A DNA stretch of 20,000 nt from Thelocarpon superellum (GCA_026025795.1 JAPEUG010000035.1:55256-75255); one strand, 5' to 3'; positions 1 through 10,185 are shown, numbered from the stretch's first letter. A program made the numbers and translations. Notes: generated from the sequence alone by a model not told the origin.

Positions 1-454
1 CTTTGTTTCTCTTTCTACGGCTGAGTGCCTCTGATGAGATACATCACGGAAAGGGGGGGAAAGGAAAGGAAAGGAAGGAATGGGCTGGACTGCTGAAGTT
101 ATGGATACAAGGATCATGGATATTTGGATATAGGGGGTTCTTGATTCCGCATCTTGTGCAAGCGATACCTACCTCTTTCCATCTCGGCTTATATCACTGC
201 CCGTTCCATGACCTACACAAAGCACCTGGCACTTCTGCGCCATTCTTCGATATCCCCATTCCTATATTTGAAGAAAGTGCAAAGTCCGTCGCGTAGCCAG
301 GGAAGGCCCTTTTTAACAAAATGGCAATCCGGGTTCAACCAACTGTCCCGGTCATTACCATCATAGTCGCTTCCACGCCTCTACTCGTGCGGTGGGCTCC
401 GTTGCTTCCGTTACGACGTCAATCATTTTGATTTCCTCTGTCTCTATATATCAC

Positions 455-489
455 GGCTAATGCTGAAGGCTGATGGCCGAAGGCTGAAG
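455..489 (+). repeat. Degenerate 7-mer tandem repeat (GCTGAAG-like, about 5 units)
   Basis: The sequence reads ggctaat gctgaag gctgatg gccgaag gctgaag. Confidence 0.6.
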
Positions 490-578
490 GTGATTCGTCA
501 TGTGCTCTCCAGACTATCATGATGCCAAAGGAGAAGTGAGCCTGTAAGTATAATGGGAATGGAATGGGAAAGAAAGGT

Positions 579-608
579 AAAGGGAAAGGGAAAGGGAAAG
601 GGAAAGGG
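579..608 (+). repeat. (AAAGGG)5 hexanucleotide tandem repeat in the 3' flank of the PheRS gene
   Basis: Five exact AAAGGG units at 579-608, preceded by a degenerate AAAGGT, within a purine-rich tract at about 555-660. Confidence 0.9.
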
Positions 609-660
609 AGAGGCAGAGTGGGGGTGGAAGTGGACGTAAAAGGGAGCAGGAAAAAGACAA

Positions 661-2576
661 TCAGTCCTTGTCGAGGCGCACGGCAGGATTGTTCTCCACG
701 AAGTTCAGGTCCACTTTGTGTCCCAGTAGCTCCCGGATGTTCTTGACGCCGTACCTGCATTACCGTCAGCTATTATTCTTCCCTCGCTTGTCCCTTTTCT
801 TCTCTGCTGTTTCATAGCTGTCGCATGGAGAGGAGAGATGAGATCTCACTTGATCATCGTCGGTCGCTCCAAACTCAATCCCCATCCGTAAACGCGCATG
901 TTCTTCGGCAAGCCCATGGGCTCGAGCATCTCGGGACGGAACATGCCACTGTTGCCGATCTCGACCCACTTGCCCAGTCCCTCGTGCCATCCGAAGATCT
1001 CCATGCTGGGCTCGGTGTAGGGGTTGTAGGCCGGCTTGAAGCGTAGATTGCCCACACCCATCTTGCCGAAGAAGGTCTCCATGAAGCCGATGAGCCCGCC
1101 CAGCGTCAGGCCGAAATCGGCAATCACGCCTTCGACTTGGTGGAACTCGGCGAGATGCGTCGCGTCGACCGTCTCGTTGCGGAAGACGCGGTCGATGGAG
1201 AAGTAGCGTGCCGGGCGTGGATTCGCGGCCAGTTTATGGAGCACGTTGGTCGATATCGACGTCGTGTGTGTCCGCAGCACAAGCCTTAGTGATTCCTCTT
1301 CTTTCCACGGATACCGGTAGCCGATCGAGCCATACTTCCCTTTCTCGTGCACGTCTCGAATGTCGTTCCAGTACTTGTCGTAGTCCAGCGCGTTTTCCGT
1401 CTTTGCCCGGCTCTTTCTCTTTGCACCTGGTGTGGTAGGTGAGGGATCGGCGCGAGGCTTGTCAGCATAGAGGGGATCGGCAATGTAAAAGGTGTCTTGC
1501 AGGTCTCGGGCCGGGTGCTGTTGAGGTACGAAGAGGGCGTCGAAGTTCCAGAATCCCGTCTCCACGAAACTGAATGAAAGGATGAGTACGGTAAAAGGGA
1601 ATGCGCCAGTGTGAGAGACCTACCGATTCGTGGGCATCTCCTCGAACCCCATCTCAAAGAAGATCTGGCGGAATTCATGCCGGACCTTGTTCACTGTCCC
1701 ATCCCACTCGATTAGCCGGGCACCTTCGAATGATCCAGTCCTTGCTTACGAGGATGCAATGCACCGCAAGGTGTGACGGCACCGAGAGAGTTGAAATTGT
1801 ATGGTTTGAAGGTCAAGTCTTTCCACGAACCGCTGCCAGGGGTCAGCAGGGCCTTGTGCTGCCATCCACCAGCACACCAACCTCGCGAGCATATCTGCGG
1901 TCAAATCCGTCTCCTCTTTGATCATTTGTCGTGCGTACTTGGGGCCCTTGGTAATCTTGAAGCTGATGACTTTTTGTAATCCGACCAGTTTCCGCTTTCG
2001 AAGCTCAGCGATGGCCTTGGCGTCCGGGTACGCCTTGGTTTCCTGGATGGTGCGCAGCTGCTCTCGGGTGGTATCTTTGATGGATCTGGTCTGGGGAGCA
2101 TCAGTCACTGTCAGGAAGCTTGGGCAAGGTGGGAGCATCCGACGTTGGCGTGTAGTAGCCCCTCCTTGTCTTTCCGTACCCAGCCCTCCTTGAAGGCCTT
2201 GCCCTGCCCCACTTTGGCGCTCTCCTTGCCAACCAGGCCCTGGACAAATCAGGTCAGTCGGGACCATGAGACTGCATGCTGACGGTAATTTTCGACCTAC
2301 TGGTAGGTCGCCAATCTTCAAGCCGGCGACAGCCTTCTGCACGGCCTCAAAGACTTTTGCTTCATGGCTTCCCTCCTGGGCAATTATCGCGCCTTCCGCA
2401 GTCAAAATAGCTTCTTCTCGATCAATCGTCTCGTAGACTACCATATCCCGCGAGCCCAACCGATCCAGAGCGGCTTTGACCACGGTGGAGGGTGTGGAGG
2501 GAAAGGCATCGGCGGAAAGCAAGGTCTCATGTGACGAGAGCAGGTCGAGGACTTGCGATGTGAGATCGTTGGCCAT
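661..2576 (-). CDS. FRS2: Cytosolic phenylalanyl-tRNA synthetase alpha subunit, 7 exons, about 515 aa. Exons: 2576-2301, 2239-2144, 2090-1882, 1832-1750, 1693-1624, 1569-850, 754-661.
   Basis: Splicing six GT..AG introns (2240-2300, 2091-2143, 1833-1881, 1694-1749, 1570-1623, 755-849) gives one continuous frame of 1548 nt. It contains PheRS-alpha motifs [57 protein letters not shown], motif 2 [40 protein letters not shown] and motif 3 [27 protein letters not shown], with stop TGA at 663-661. Confidence 0.97.
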
Positions 2577-3198
2577 GATACTCGATCAAGCTGCAGCTCC
2601 CCAATATCTGGTAGAGAATCAGACGAGATGCCGTGCAATGGGTCTGGGCCAGTTGCCGGTCATACTCGAACACTACGCCGTCGATCTGAGCCGCGGGTAA
2701 ACGGTCACATATGCACGCACTGACACTCACAGCTCGCCGTTACTCGCAATGTCGCGCACAGTCCGCGTCCTGAATCCTGACTCATCCGTCGCTCGCTTCG
2801 CCCCACGTAGGCGAAGCGGCGGACGTGGGACACACAGGTGATCCCACTCTCTGGGGCGGGCCGAAATCTGGCCACAGCGTAGCCAAGTGCCTGGGCAAGG
2901 TGTTTGATAGGCATGCTGCTAACTGACGTAGGGACGTTAGTAGGAGGTAGACGGCCTAGGACTTCGACCCATAGCGGTCCCTGTGCATTCTTGGGCACCG
3001 CTGAACACCAGTCAAAGATCAGCGATCAAGGGCCAATCAGCAGGATGGCACGCTGCCAAGGCACCGAAGACCCAGCAATCCCACCCGCGGCTCTGTGAGG
3101 ATTCTGTTCGCCGCCATTCAACGCAAACGTGGTCCACCTGGTCGTGTGCTTGCACGTTCGCCATGATATGCTCGTCATGTCAAGGCTTGCATCAGTAA
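2577..3198. promoter_or_regulatory. Divergent intergenic/promoter region shared by the PheRS-alpha and EDEM/Htm1 genes
   Basis: The ATGs at 2576 (minus) and 3199 (plus) are head-to-head. The region contains TGACTCA (2778-2784), an inverted CCCACGT/ACGTGGG pair (2802-2808, 2823-2829), TGACGT (2924-2929) and CCAATCA (3033-3039). Confidence 0.7.
2778..2784. promoter_or_regulatory. Candidate Gcn4/CpcA (AP-1-type) binding site TGACTCA
   Basis: Exact TGACTCA followed by T, about 200 bp upstream of an aminoacyl-tRNA synthetase ATG. Fungal aaRS genes are established cross-pathway-control targets. Confidence 0.55.
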
Positions 3199-6100
3199 AT
3201 GGCACCATGGAGATGCTCCACCTCCCCGTGGCGATGGGTCCCCGCTACCCTCGGGCTCTGGTCGCTGTGGATCTTGATGGTCCATGGCATGTCCAGAGAA
3301 CAGATCGGACACCTTAGGCGGGAGACCGTGGCCATGTTCTATCATGGCTACAACAATTACATGAAGCATGCCTTTCCCGAGGATGAGGTGAGTGGTCCTG
3401 ACCGCTTGGCCGTGTAGGCGCCTGCTAACACGCGCCCAGCTCCGTCCGGTCTCGTGTGGCCCCTTGTCCCGCGATCGAGAACATTCCAACAATATCGGCC
3501 TCAACGATGTCTTGGGCAACTACTCTCTGACGCTGATCGATAGCCTGTCGACCCTCGCCATCATTGCCTCATCTACGAGCAACCCGCCTGTGACTGAGAC
3601 CGCGCTGCGAGACTTCCAAGATGGAGTCATGTTGTTGGTGCAAAACTACGGCGATGGCACGGACGGTCCCAGTGGGGAAGGTGTCCGCGCCCGGGGCTTC
3701 GATCTGGACAGCAAGGTCCAGGTCTTTGAGACGGTCATCCGCGGCGTCGGTGGACTGTTGAGCGCCCATCTCTTTGCGGATGACGCCATGCCCTTTGGTC
3801 GGCAGCAATCGAAGGCCCGTCCCCAGACGACACCCAAGGCAGCGTGGGCCACAGGATTCATCTACGATGGGCAGTTATTACGCCTGGCCCATGACCTCGC
3901 CTCACGTTTACTACCGGCCTTTTACACCCCGTCCGGCATTCCCTACCCGCGAGTGAACTTGCGCCATGGCATTCCATTCTACGTCAATTCCATCTACAAT
4001 CAGGATCCAGCGTTTGGTCAGTGCGGCACTACCAGTCCTTCCGCCGACATCACCGAGACGTGCAGCGCCGGTGCTGGCAGCCTCGTATTGGAGTTTACCA
4101 CCTTGAGCAGGCTGTCGGGTGATGCTCGTTTTGAGCAGTTGGCAAAGAGAGCATTTTGGGAGGTGTGGTATCGGCGGAGTAGCATCGGCTTGATCGGGGC
4201 TGGCATCGATGCCGAGACGGGGCTGTGGACGGGACCCATCACCGGCATTGGGGCGGGCATCGACAGCTTCTTTGAATACGCCTTGAAATCGCATGTGCTT
4301 TTGTCCGGGTCCGAGCGACTTGTCTCCACCAACTACACCGCGCCAGGAGCAGCCAGTCACCCTCGACACGATCCGAACCTCTTGTTCCGGCCGCTGACCC
4401 CGGAAGAGAATGGCCCGGACGCATTTCTGTCGACCTGGCGCCAAGCCCATACGGCCATCAAACGCCACTTGTATCGCGATCTCCACCATCCCCATTACAT
4501 CAATGCCCACATCAACACCGGTTCGCCACAGGCGCTGTGGATCGACAGCCTCGGCGCGTATTACCCCGGCCTGCTCACCCTGGGCGGCGAGCTGGAAGAG
4601 GCCATCGAGACAAATCTGCTCTATACGGCACTGTGGACGCGCTACTCAGCCTTACCAGAACGATGGTCGACACGCGATGGTGGCGTCGAGGGAGGTCTGG
4701 GCTGGTGGCCGGGGCGGCCGGAATTCGTCGAGTCCAACTATCATCTCTACCGCGCCACCAAGGATCCGTGGTATCTCTATGTGGGCGAGATGGCCTTACG
4801 AGACATCAAGCGGAGATGCTGGACGAAATGTGGCTGGGCCGGACTGCAAGACGTTCGGAGTGGGGAATTGACCGACCGCATGGAGAGCTTCTTCCTTGGC
4901 GAAACGACGAAATACCTGTTTCTCCTCTTCGACGAGGCACACCCGCTGAATACGCTGGATGCGCCGTTTGTCTTCACCACGGAGGGCCATCCATTAATGC
5001 TGCCACGACCGACCACACGCAACCTCGAGTCCAACGAGCTCTCGGAGCGCCTCAACGACGAGACATGTCCCAGGGCACCAGATGTCATCCCATTCAGTAT
5101 CTCCGCCACAGCAGCGAGACGCGACATCTTTCACGCGGCCCGGCTAACGAAGCTTCACCTCCTGCCCGAACCCGAACACATCGAATCGCCGCTCTTCGAG
5201 TATGCCCACGACCATCCCAGCATCTCGTTGAGCGATCTGCAGTCTCCCACCAACTACACCTTCTACCCCTGGACCTTGCCCGCGAACCTCATCCCACCCA
5301 ACGGGTTTTCGTCCAAGCTTCGCGCCAAACACACCTTTGACATACAATTCCCCTCGATTTCTCCCAATATCCTATTAGGGCAACAGACTCTCTCCCGAGT
5401 CGCCGAAGGGATTCTGATCCACTCGCTCGAAGGGGTCCGGATGGGATTTGTGCTAGACGAGCCGGAAGATAGCGACGTGCAGCTGGTCAACGGGGACACC
5501 TTCCGAATCCACAGCATCGGCAACTTTGCCCTCGGCCGAGACGAGAAAGTCTTCATCCGCAGAAACGTGCTCGGCAACATCGTGGATCCAAACTTCTCAA
5601 GGGTACGCGATACCAGCGTCCTGGATCTGATTGTGGATTTTGGCATCCAGGACGCAGCTCCCAACGCCACGGAGCCCAAAGCACCTACCGCGTCCAACCC
5701 CACGCCCAGCCTCGACGTGGCCCCTCCGGCCGTCCAAGTGGCACCTCCCAACCTTGGCGCGGCCGAAAACACCATCAAGGAGATGCAAGGCGTGCTGCAG
5801 TCGCTGCTGCAACAACTCAGTTTCGGTATGGTTGAAGAGCCGGAAGCGCCCATTGCGGACGTCGTTCCACAGGGGCAGTACCAGCGTCTAGCGGCCACGG
5901 CACCAACGGGGGTAGGCGCCGCCCCTCTCCCCGACATCGAAGACGTGCCGGACCCCAACGACGCAGGGCAAGAGACAGGCGCGCTGCCTTGGCGCGGCAT
6001 CTACATCACCGACGAGGCGTGCACGGCGAAACTCCCCGCCCACGCAGCGTCGGATCATCACATCATCATCATGAAGCGCGGCGGATGCAGCTTCTCTACG

Positions 6101-6442
6101 AAAATGGCCAGCGTCCCGTCCTTTACCCGGTCGCGCTCTTCGCTCCGCCTCGTCATCGTCATCTCTCCCTCTCAAGAAGAAGAAGAAGAAGAGGAGGAGG
6201 AGGAGGAGGAGGAGGAGGAAGGGTGGGGAGGGGGAGAAGTAGATCCTCAGATCCGCCCACTGCTCGACGTGCCGCAACGCACACCCGGCGGCTTACTGCG
6301 CCACCATCCCATTCCAATGGTCATGGTGCACGGTGGACGTAAGCTGTACGAGCGCTTCAAGCACGCCAGAGCCATCGGGCTGCGACGGAGATATTGGGTC
6401 CATTCGCGCGGGGTGCCGGTTGGCAATCTTGTTGTATTGTAG
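3199..6442 (+). CDS. MNL1: ER degradation-enhancing alpha-1,2-mannosidase-like protein (GH47, EDEM/Htm1/Mnl1 type) with a C-terminal PA-like domain, about 1063 aa. Exons: 3199-3387, 3440-6442.
   Basis: The N-terminus is signal-like (LGLWSLWILMVHG), followed by MFYHGYNNYMKHAFPEDE|LRPVSC across intron 3388-3439 (GTGAGT..GCTAAC..CAG). GH47 motifs present: LTLIDSLSTL, VQVFETVIRGVGGLLSAH, TCSAGAGSLVLEFTTLSRL, GAGIDSFFEY, RPEFVESNYHLY, DRMESFFLGETTKYLFLLF, VFTTEGHPL. The long C-terminal extension has the PA-type MKRGGCSF. Confidence 0.93.
6176..6220 (+). repeat. Coding trinucleotide repeat (GAA)5(GAG)9GAA encoding 15 Glu
   Basis: Read directly from the sequence, in frame within the mannosidase C-terminal domain. 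Confidence 0.95.
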
Positions 6443-7214
6443 CGCTGAGATGCGTATTCTGCGCTGTCTCCCGGTTGTTGTTATGATTATTGCGCGTCTC
6501 GCCTGCTGGTCAGTGAAAGTCTGGTGCTCGTGTGGGCCGGTTGTGTGTCATGGCGTCTGGTTTCTTGCTTTTGCCTCTGTGTTTGCGTATGAGTTGAGGG
6601 ATGCAAGTACGTCTGTGTGGTCTGAGTATTAATTGTTCTAGTATCGCGGATCGCGCATTATAGCAGACATAAGCTTGAAGTAAGCAAGCACTGAATCAAG
6701 TACTCAGATCAACTGCTCATTTACTCGGCCCATGGACGCGAGTGAGGAAGCAAGCGATTGAACATGCATGCTACGATCCATCCATCGAGGCTATCTATCT
6801 ACTGTCTTTCATCGCCCCGCTTGGATTTTGTGCAAGACGCCCACTATCGTCAAAGAGTCAAAGAGATGGAGAAGACAATGAGAGGAGAAAGAGAAGACAT
6901 GGGGGAAGCTGAAGGTGGGAGGGTCGAATTAGAACCTTGTAATCTATTACGTGCCGGCGCAGTGCAGAGTGGGGCAGGACAGGATAGAGCAGTGTGGAGC
7001 AGGAATAGTAGAGCGAGATTAAAATCATTTGTAATCTAGGCAGGTGAAGTAGGGAAGGTTTGGGATTGTCCCATCGGTTCAACTGCGCCTCCCGCCGAAA
7101 TGGACGAGAAGGAGGAAAGGGGAGAATGAAGAGACATGTCTACTTATTGAGTCGTGATGGTTGTTCAGGTCGTCATTGTTCTCGGCGTCGTGTCATGATG
7201 GCATGCAGTGTAAG

Positions 7215-7939
7215 TTAGGAAGCTTTGGGCCCGTCTTCCTGGCTAGAGAGGAGGGTGTAGGCAGGGGCATTGAGCTTTTGTCGTCCCTTGAGAAAGTCGA
7301 GTTCGAGAAGAAAGGCATATCCAATCAGATCACCGCCGAGTTGTTGAGCCAGCGATCCCGCGGCCGAGGCCGAACCTCCTGGGAGCCTGTTAGCTCCGTC
7401 ATTCCGAGATGTCGTGGGGTGTCTGAATGGTCGTGTCCCCTACCCGTCGCTATGATATCATCGACCACCAAGACCTTCTGTCCGGGCTTGATGGCATCTT
7501 TTTGCACCTGGAAGAAGTCTTCCCCGTACTCCTTGCGGAAGCTCGCCGTCTCCGTCGGTCCGGGGAGTTTGCCCTTCTTCCGTACGGGAACAAAGGCCGC
7601 CCCAAGCTTCAAGGCTAGACTGGGACCGAACAAGAAGCCCCGTGCCTCGAGGCCGAGGATAACGTCGGGTTTGCCGGCGCCCTCGTATGTGGTTAAGACA
7701 TGAAGCTCCAGGGCACGGATGAGGTTGCCGTGTAAGGTCGGATCGGCGAAGATAGGTAGGATGTCTTCAAAGAGGATGCCCGGTTCGGGAAAGTCGGGGA
7801 ACTGCCGGATGGCGCGCCGCAAGCTTATCGTAAGACTGGAGAGTTCGGCGGAGCGGGAGGAAGGGGCGGAGGAGAGCCGGGTGTCTTGGGTGGAGTGGAC
7901 GGCATCTCGGAGCGCAGGTGAGGAAGTCGAATCGGTCAT
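7215..7939 (-). CDS. APT1: Adenine phosphoribosyltransferase, 2 exons (7939-7444, 7378-7215), about 219 aa
   Basis: APRT motifs: IRQFPDFPEPGILFEDILPIF, ILGLEARGFLFG, FVPVRKKGKLPG, KEYGED. The PRPP-binding motif VLVVDDIIATG|GSA is completed by intron 7379-7443 (GTAGGG..GCTAAC..CAG). Exon 2 gives FLLELDFLKGRQKL and stop TAA at 7217-7215. Confidence 0.96.
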
Positions 7940-8726
7940 GTCGAGAGGAAGGTAGGGAGGGGGAGGGAAGAGAGGGGAGGAGGAAAAAAGGATGCACAGG
8001 TGATGGGTGACGAGCGGTCGGTTCAAGAACCTTCCGACTTCACCGTGGCAGAGCTGGTCCGACGAGTCACAAGTCGCGCACTGACAATAGGCCTGGCGCG
8101 TCCGAGTACCGGTGTGGTACTTTGTCCTTACTTCCGTCCCTCATTATTCACGTTCCCCTCTACTTGGACTGCTCCGAGAAAAATAATCGCTCCTGGGTCC
8201 CCTCGGGGAAGGGGCGAAGCCGGGGGGGAAGGGAAATGGTGTGGTCGACGCAGCCACAGCTTACGGTTTGACGGTTGGGGGTCTAGCGCCCCCTCGGTTC
8301 TCTCGTTTCTCTCTCGTCTCGAGCTTTCACTACGACTTGGACTCCTGCAGAAGGGTTACGTTGCATGGAAGGATGAGGGAAGAGGCGTTTGGAGGTTTGG
8401 AGCTATGGAGGGCGTGTTCGTCGCCGTGCATGCAAGGTCGACTGAGTCAAAGGGCTAGCGACGGCCTAGGGTAGGGCGCCGCGGGCGCCAGGGTGGTGAG
8501 GGTGGTGCGCGTTAGCCTTTCGGGCCACACCACGCCTCGACCCTCTTCCTCGGCTTCATCGGACCAATCGTCGTCACCCATGGGCCCAACCAGGATCGCG
8601 ATTCAGTCCAAGGCCCGGATGTCTCTGCCCCACGGATGCCCTGCGAGTCCGATGCCATTCTCAGCCATCATGCTAGGCCGCGCATGCGTCGGCGGACCAC
8701 GTCAGCGAAGGAAAGCGCCCAGGCGA

Positions 8727-8795
8727 GGGCATGGGAGGGGACATGGGAGGGGACATGGGATGGAGATGGGGGTGCATGGGGTGCATGGGGTGCAT
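8727..8795 (+). repeat. G-rich compound minisatellite: about 3 x 12-mer (GGGGACATGGGA-like) followed by (GGGGTGCAT)3
   Basis: The sequence reads gggcatgggaggggacatgggaggggacatgggatggagatgggggtgcatggggtgcatggggtgcat. Confidence 0.85.
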
Positions 8796-9184
8796 CGTGG
8801 ACGGGTGTGGGGGAGCATCGCCGGCGCTTCCCGACGCCTATCTGGTAGCATGTGGACGTGGGATGGACGCGCTGATGCCAGGCTCGATTCGTGCCCGCGT
8901 CCGTGGCTTTCCGCCTGGCTTAGATAACGGTGGGGACAGGCTGAGAATAGCCCTGTGAGCTAAGCTGCCCAGCAAATACGGCTCTCATACCGGGCCCATC
9001 CACGCCCGAACCGATAAACCCACGGAGCAAGCCACAGGGATGGATTGACAGCGGGGTGTAGGGATGCTCTCGTTCTCCATACAATGCACTCCGTAGCGTG
9101 AGGGCAATTCGAAAGGCCACAACCGTTGAGCATCAAGCATCTGCAATGCTGCCCATCATCTCTTCCCCATCGGTGATGCGCCAT

Positions 9185-9741
9185 TCATTTCCCACCACTC
9201 GCGGTTGCTCCCACCTTGTCACATGTTGGGCACGCCATCACCCCCGTCCCTCGGGGCCCCACGTTGAATGGCCGGCCAGGCGGCTTGGGGACGTAGGGGC
9301 GTATTTCGCGATCAATGTACCGCTTAGGTACGCCTTTCCTCAGTGCATCACAGATTTCGTTGTTCATCCGATCAACGTACTCGAATGTCGCCACGCAGCG
9401 CCAAGTTCTCTTCTCGTCGACGTAGACGAGCGCGAAATCGTGTGGCTCTCACCCGCCGTGCGTCCCACTTCGACCAACCGATCGACCTGCAGCGTCTTCT
9501 TAACGTACGCATCTGGCACGCCTTCGTGGCCATCCAGCGCCCGCTCGTCCTGTGGGCGCAGGTGGTAGATCAGACTGTAGACGACATCGTCTGAGGATGG
9601 CACGATGTTGGCGTAGCCACGAGAGTTGATGATCCACTTCCAGCCCGGCAGCTCTGCCACTTCCTTGAGTGTACTCTCGGGGCAGCGACATCTTCATCTG
9701 TACTATCACAAGTTGGAGCCGTAAGCCATGTAGACCGTGTG
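9185..9741 (-). pseudogene. Frameshifted gamma-glutamylcyclotransferase (GGCT/AIG2-like fold) pseudogene
   Basis: Piecing frames together gives TVYMAYGSNL[fs]IVQMK[fs]RCPESTLKEVAELPGWKWIINSRGYANIVPSSDDVVYSLIYHLRPQDERALDGHEGVPDAYVKK...[fs]ALVYVDEKRT...EYVDRMNNEICDALRKGVPKRYIDREIRPYVP. This includes the GGCT YGSN loop and the LDxxEG catalytic-Glu motif. The direct frame has stops at 9708-9706, 9705-9703 and 9696-9694, and a further frame change near 9434-9438. Confidence 0.85.
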
Positions 9742-10185
9742 CTCGGGTGCCGCCCCCGCCCCTAACCTGGCCGCCTGGGCTGGCTGGGAGGGACTGTCTA
9801 AGGGTCGGCGTCGAGATTGTCACCGTGAGCACCTTTCGTTCAGAACATTACTGCCGTGCTGGCTGGATCTTATGGCGTATTCACCTTCACCGGGCAATCT
9901 GCCGACGGTAGCTGAGGGCAGGAGGAAGTTCTCATCGAGGTGGATGTGCAGGCGAAGATAAATTAGGGAAGAGGCTCTGCATCTCGAGCACCCACGGCTA
10001 CTGGCTGCTACTTACACCCAGTTACTCGTGCTCGCACTTTCCTGAATGTGTGCCCTGTCATACAAGTCATGCAGTGGCGATCTTCGCCTTAGCCTTCACG
10101 TGGCACTCATCCGACGCACCAACGAGACTTCTCGTGAGGGTGAAAGACCATGTCCACTCGTCACCCACCTGAATCCCGGCCAAAT

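Noticed and set aside
1..420. Short ORFs and a possible minus-strand mini-exon ATGGAAAGAG|GTAGGT near 182-167
   Set aside because: There is no recognisable protein and no convincing branch point/acceptor with a continuing frame inside the window. It cannot be supported without flanking sequence.
4410..6342. Long alternative-frame and antisense ORFs overlapping the mannosidase (e.g. 4537-5340 plus, 5263-6000 minus), and similar ones over the DUF1399 and F-box genes
   Set aside because: These are typical shadow ORFs of GC-rich coding DNA, with Arg/Pro/Ser-rich translations and no recognisable motifs.
7940..8026. ORF-track N-terminal extension of APRT (MNRPLVTHH...)
   Set aside because: It starts at TTG and covers a pyrimidine-rich 5' UTR-like tract. 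The first ATG is at 7939.
8930..8985. GGGG..GGCTGAGAATAGCCC resembling the 5' half of a TPP riboswitch
   Set aside because: The downstream conserved elements (CCTGAT, the GNTAATNCC loop, CGNAGG) are missing, there is no room for P3, and no thiamine-related gene or intron context is present.
9052..9061. GGATTGACAG matching a conserved SSU rRNA segment
   Set aside because: Only about 10 nt match and the flanks do not resemble rRNA.
9694..9708. In-frame TGA/TAG codons in the GGCT-like locus as candidates for A-to-I stop-codon editing or readthrough
   Set aside because: Recoding would give WWYRWRC rather than the family-like xxQMxxRCP found in the shifted frame, and a separate downstream frameshift would remain. 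Indels explain it better.
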